This document shows positions 62,166 to 64,000 of a stretch of DNA of 64,000 nt, piece after piece (the stretch's first letter is position 1; every line of letters begins with the position of its first letter). This stretch comes from Candidatus Omnitrophota bacterium. Its GTDB lineage: Bacteria; Omnitrophota; Gorgyraeia; Zapsychrales; Zapsychraceae. The notes below the pieces were generated by a model that was given only the letters and a program-made list of their open reading frames with translations, did no database searches and was not told the origin of the DNA. The stretch spans positions 14,714 through 78,713 of the forward strand of contig DATDQB010000002.1 in the NCBI GenBank assembly GCA_035292445.1. Reading direction: 5' to 3'. The position numbers and the translations under genes are program-made.

Positions 62166-63512
62166 ATGCTTTCATCATTCGCCAATTGTTTTAAGATCCC
62201 TGAGTTAAAGCAGAAGATCCTTTTTACACTCGGGATCATTGCGGCTTACCGCGTGGGTTGTTATATCCCGACACCGGGGGTTAACGGTGCGGTATTGGCT
62301 GAGTTCTTTCAAAGAATCAACACAACGACGGGGGGAAGCATATTCGGGATCATGAATATGTTTTCCGGTGGGGCGCTGGAGAAATTGACGGTATTCTCCT
62401 TAGGCATTATGCCGTACATCTCAAGCTCCATCATCATGCAGTTATTGACGGCGGTCATTCCGGCTTTGGAAAGATTGGCCAAAGAAGGCCAGGCCGGTTA
62501 CCGTAAGATCAACCAGTACACCCGTTACGGGACGCTGGGGTTAGCTTTAGTTCAATCGTTTTTTATCGCTCTTTGGCTTGAAAGTCCGGCATCGTTCCAG
62601 GGGTTGCAAGTTGTTAATAGCCCCGGCTGGGGGTTTCGGCTGGTAACGGTCGTGACGCTTTCCTGCGGGACGTTATTGCTGATGTGGCTGGGGGAGCAGA
62701 TCCAGGAAAGAGGGATCGGTAACGGCATATCGCTCATCATCACCGCCGGTATCATATCCGCCGCTCCGACGGCGTTGCAGACGCTCGTCCTATTGATGTC
62801 GCCACAGTCGGGAGGGACCGTCCAGCTTCAGCCGTTGACCTTACTGATCATGATCTTGTTTTTGGCGGGCGTTATCATTTCGATCACGCTGATTACCCAG
62901 GCCCAGCGGCGTATTCCCGTGCAGTATGCCCGGCGTATCGTGGGCCGAAAGGTCTACGGAGGTCAAAACACGTATATTCCGCTCAAAGTCGATACCTCCG
63001 GGGTTATCGCCATTATTTTTGCGCAGTCGATCATTTTGTTTCCGGCGACGTTGGCAAGCTTTATTCCTAACGAAAGCGTTCAGTCTTTGGCCGGTTATAT
63101 TCAGCGGGGCGGCTTTCTTTATTATTTTATTTACGGGTTGTTGGTTGTGTTCTTTTGTTACTTTTATACGGCGATTGTTTTCAACCCAATTGATGTCGCT
63201 GAAAACCTGAAAAAGCACGGCGGATTTATCCCCGGGGTGCGTCCAGGCAACCAGACAGCCGATTATCTTGATTTTGTCATGACGCGCGTGACGTTGGCGG
63301 GGGCACTTTTTATCTGTGCGATTGCTGTTATGCCGGATGCCATTATGGCTTCTTTTAAAGTGCCTTATTTGGTGGCTTCATTTTTTGGCGGGACAGGGAT
63401 TCTTATTATCGTCGGTGTCATGCTGGATACCATGAAACAGATTGAATCGCATTTGGTTATGCGCCATTATGACGGGTTTATGCGCACGGGGCGGTTGAAG
63501 GGGCGGCGATGA
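62166..63512 (+). CDS. secY: preprotein translocase subunit SecY
   Basis: LGIMPYISSSII, WLGEQI..GIGNG, FIPGVRPG, GGTGILI. Confidence 0.98.
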   Translation: MLSSFANCFKIPELKQKILFTLGIIAAYRVGCYIPTPGVNGAVLAEFFQRINTTTGGSIFGIMNMFSGGALEKLTVFSLGIMPYISSSIIMQLLTAVIPALERLAKEGQAGYRKINQYTRYGTLGLALVQSFFIALWLESPASFQGLQVVNSPGWGFRLVTVVTLSCGTLLLMWLGEQIQERGIGNGISLIITAGIISAAPTALQTLVLLMSPQSGGTVQLQPLTLLIMILFLAGVIISITLITQAQRRIPVQYARRIVGRKVYGGQNTYIPLKVDTSGVIAIIFAQSIILFPATLASFIPNESVQSLAGYIQRGGFLYYFIYGLLVVFFCYFYTAIVFNPIDVAENLKKHGGFIPGVRPGNQTADYLDFVMTRVTLAGALFICAIAVMPDAIMASFKVPYLVASFFGGTGILIIVGVMLDTMKQIESHLVMRHYDGFMRTGRLKGRR

Positions 63513-64000
63513 GGTTAGTGCTTATGGGCCCGCCGGGCGCCGGCAAAGGGACCCTGGCGGATTTATTGAAAAGTTCTCTGAAAATTCCTCATATCTCAAC
63601 CGGCGATATCTTGCGGGAAGAGATGAAGAAAGACACGGCGTTGGGACGCAAGGCCAAAGAATTTATTGAGTCCGGCGGATTGGTCCCCGATGAAATCGTC
63701 ACTAAGCTGGTGGACAACCGCCTTTCAAAAGACGCATCTTTGAAAAAAGGGTTTATGCTGGATGGTTTCCCCCGGACGCGCCAGCAAGCCGAGGATCTGG
63801 ACAAGATTTTGGAAAGGCTCCAGCAGCCACTCGATTGCGCGCTTTATTTGGAATCAACGCTGCCAGTTATCATCAAACGCCTGACGGGGCGAAGGATTTG
63901 CAAGTCGTGCGGGGCGGTATTTCACATTAAAAACCGTCCGCCTAAGAAAGAAGGCATTTGTGACCGCTGCAACGGGCAGCTCCATCAACGGGCAGATGAT
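63509..64000 (+). CDS. adk: adenylate kinase, truncated by the window end
   Basis: manual translation MRLVLMGPPGAGKGT..ISTGDILRE..GLVPDE..LDGFPRT..CKSC..CDRC. Confidence 0.95.
   Translation, partial: MRLVLMGPPGAGKGTLADLLKSSLKIPHISTGDILREEMKKDTALGRKAKEFIESGGLVPDEIVTKLVDNRLSKDASLKKGFMLDGFPRTRQQAEDLDKILERLQQPLDCALYLESTLPVIIKRLTGRRICKSCGAVFHIKNRPPKKEGICDRCNGQLHQRADD

Overview
A gene-dense bacterial chromosome segment with every supported gene on the + strand. Gene content and the Rpo[10 protein letters not shown] motif suggest the PVC superphylum, possibly Candidatus Omnitrophota (inference, not tested). Order: yggS-proC-mtnP-ileS-dksA/traR-lspA-rluD; a coiled-coil membrane protein and aroA; mreBCD-mrdA-rodA; a ~12 kb type IV pilus locus; rng-rplU-obgE-proBA-nadD-phosphohexomutase-plsC-rpsA-tyrS; then a ~26 kb block from tRNA-Thr through rpmG, tRNA-Trp, secE, nusG, rplKAJL, rpoBC and the str/S10/spc genes to secY and adk. 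The best candidate for an undescribed system is the pilus locus. Two tandem PilB ATPases have different His-box substitutions and eroded MshEN motifs, and they are flanked by two stand-alone MshEN/N-domain-only proteins. The pilin is preceded by a c-di-GMP-I riboswitch with a two-hairpin insertion, a terminator/antiterminator, a second promoter and a possible RBS-switching leader. A family of REP-like palindromes ends in TTGAC(A), which coincides with the -35 box of some predicted promoters. All calls come from reading the sequence and the ORF track by eye; no searches or folding programs were run.
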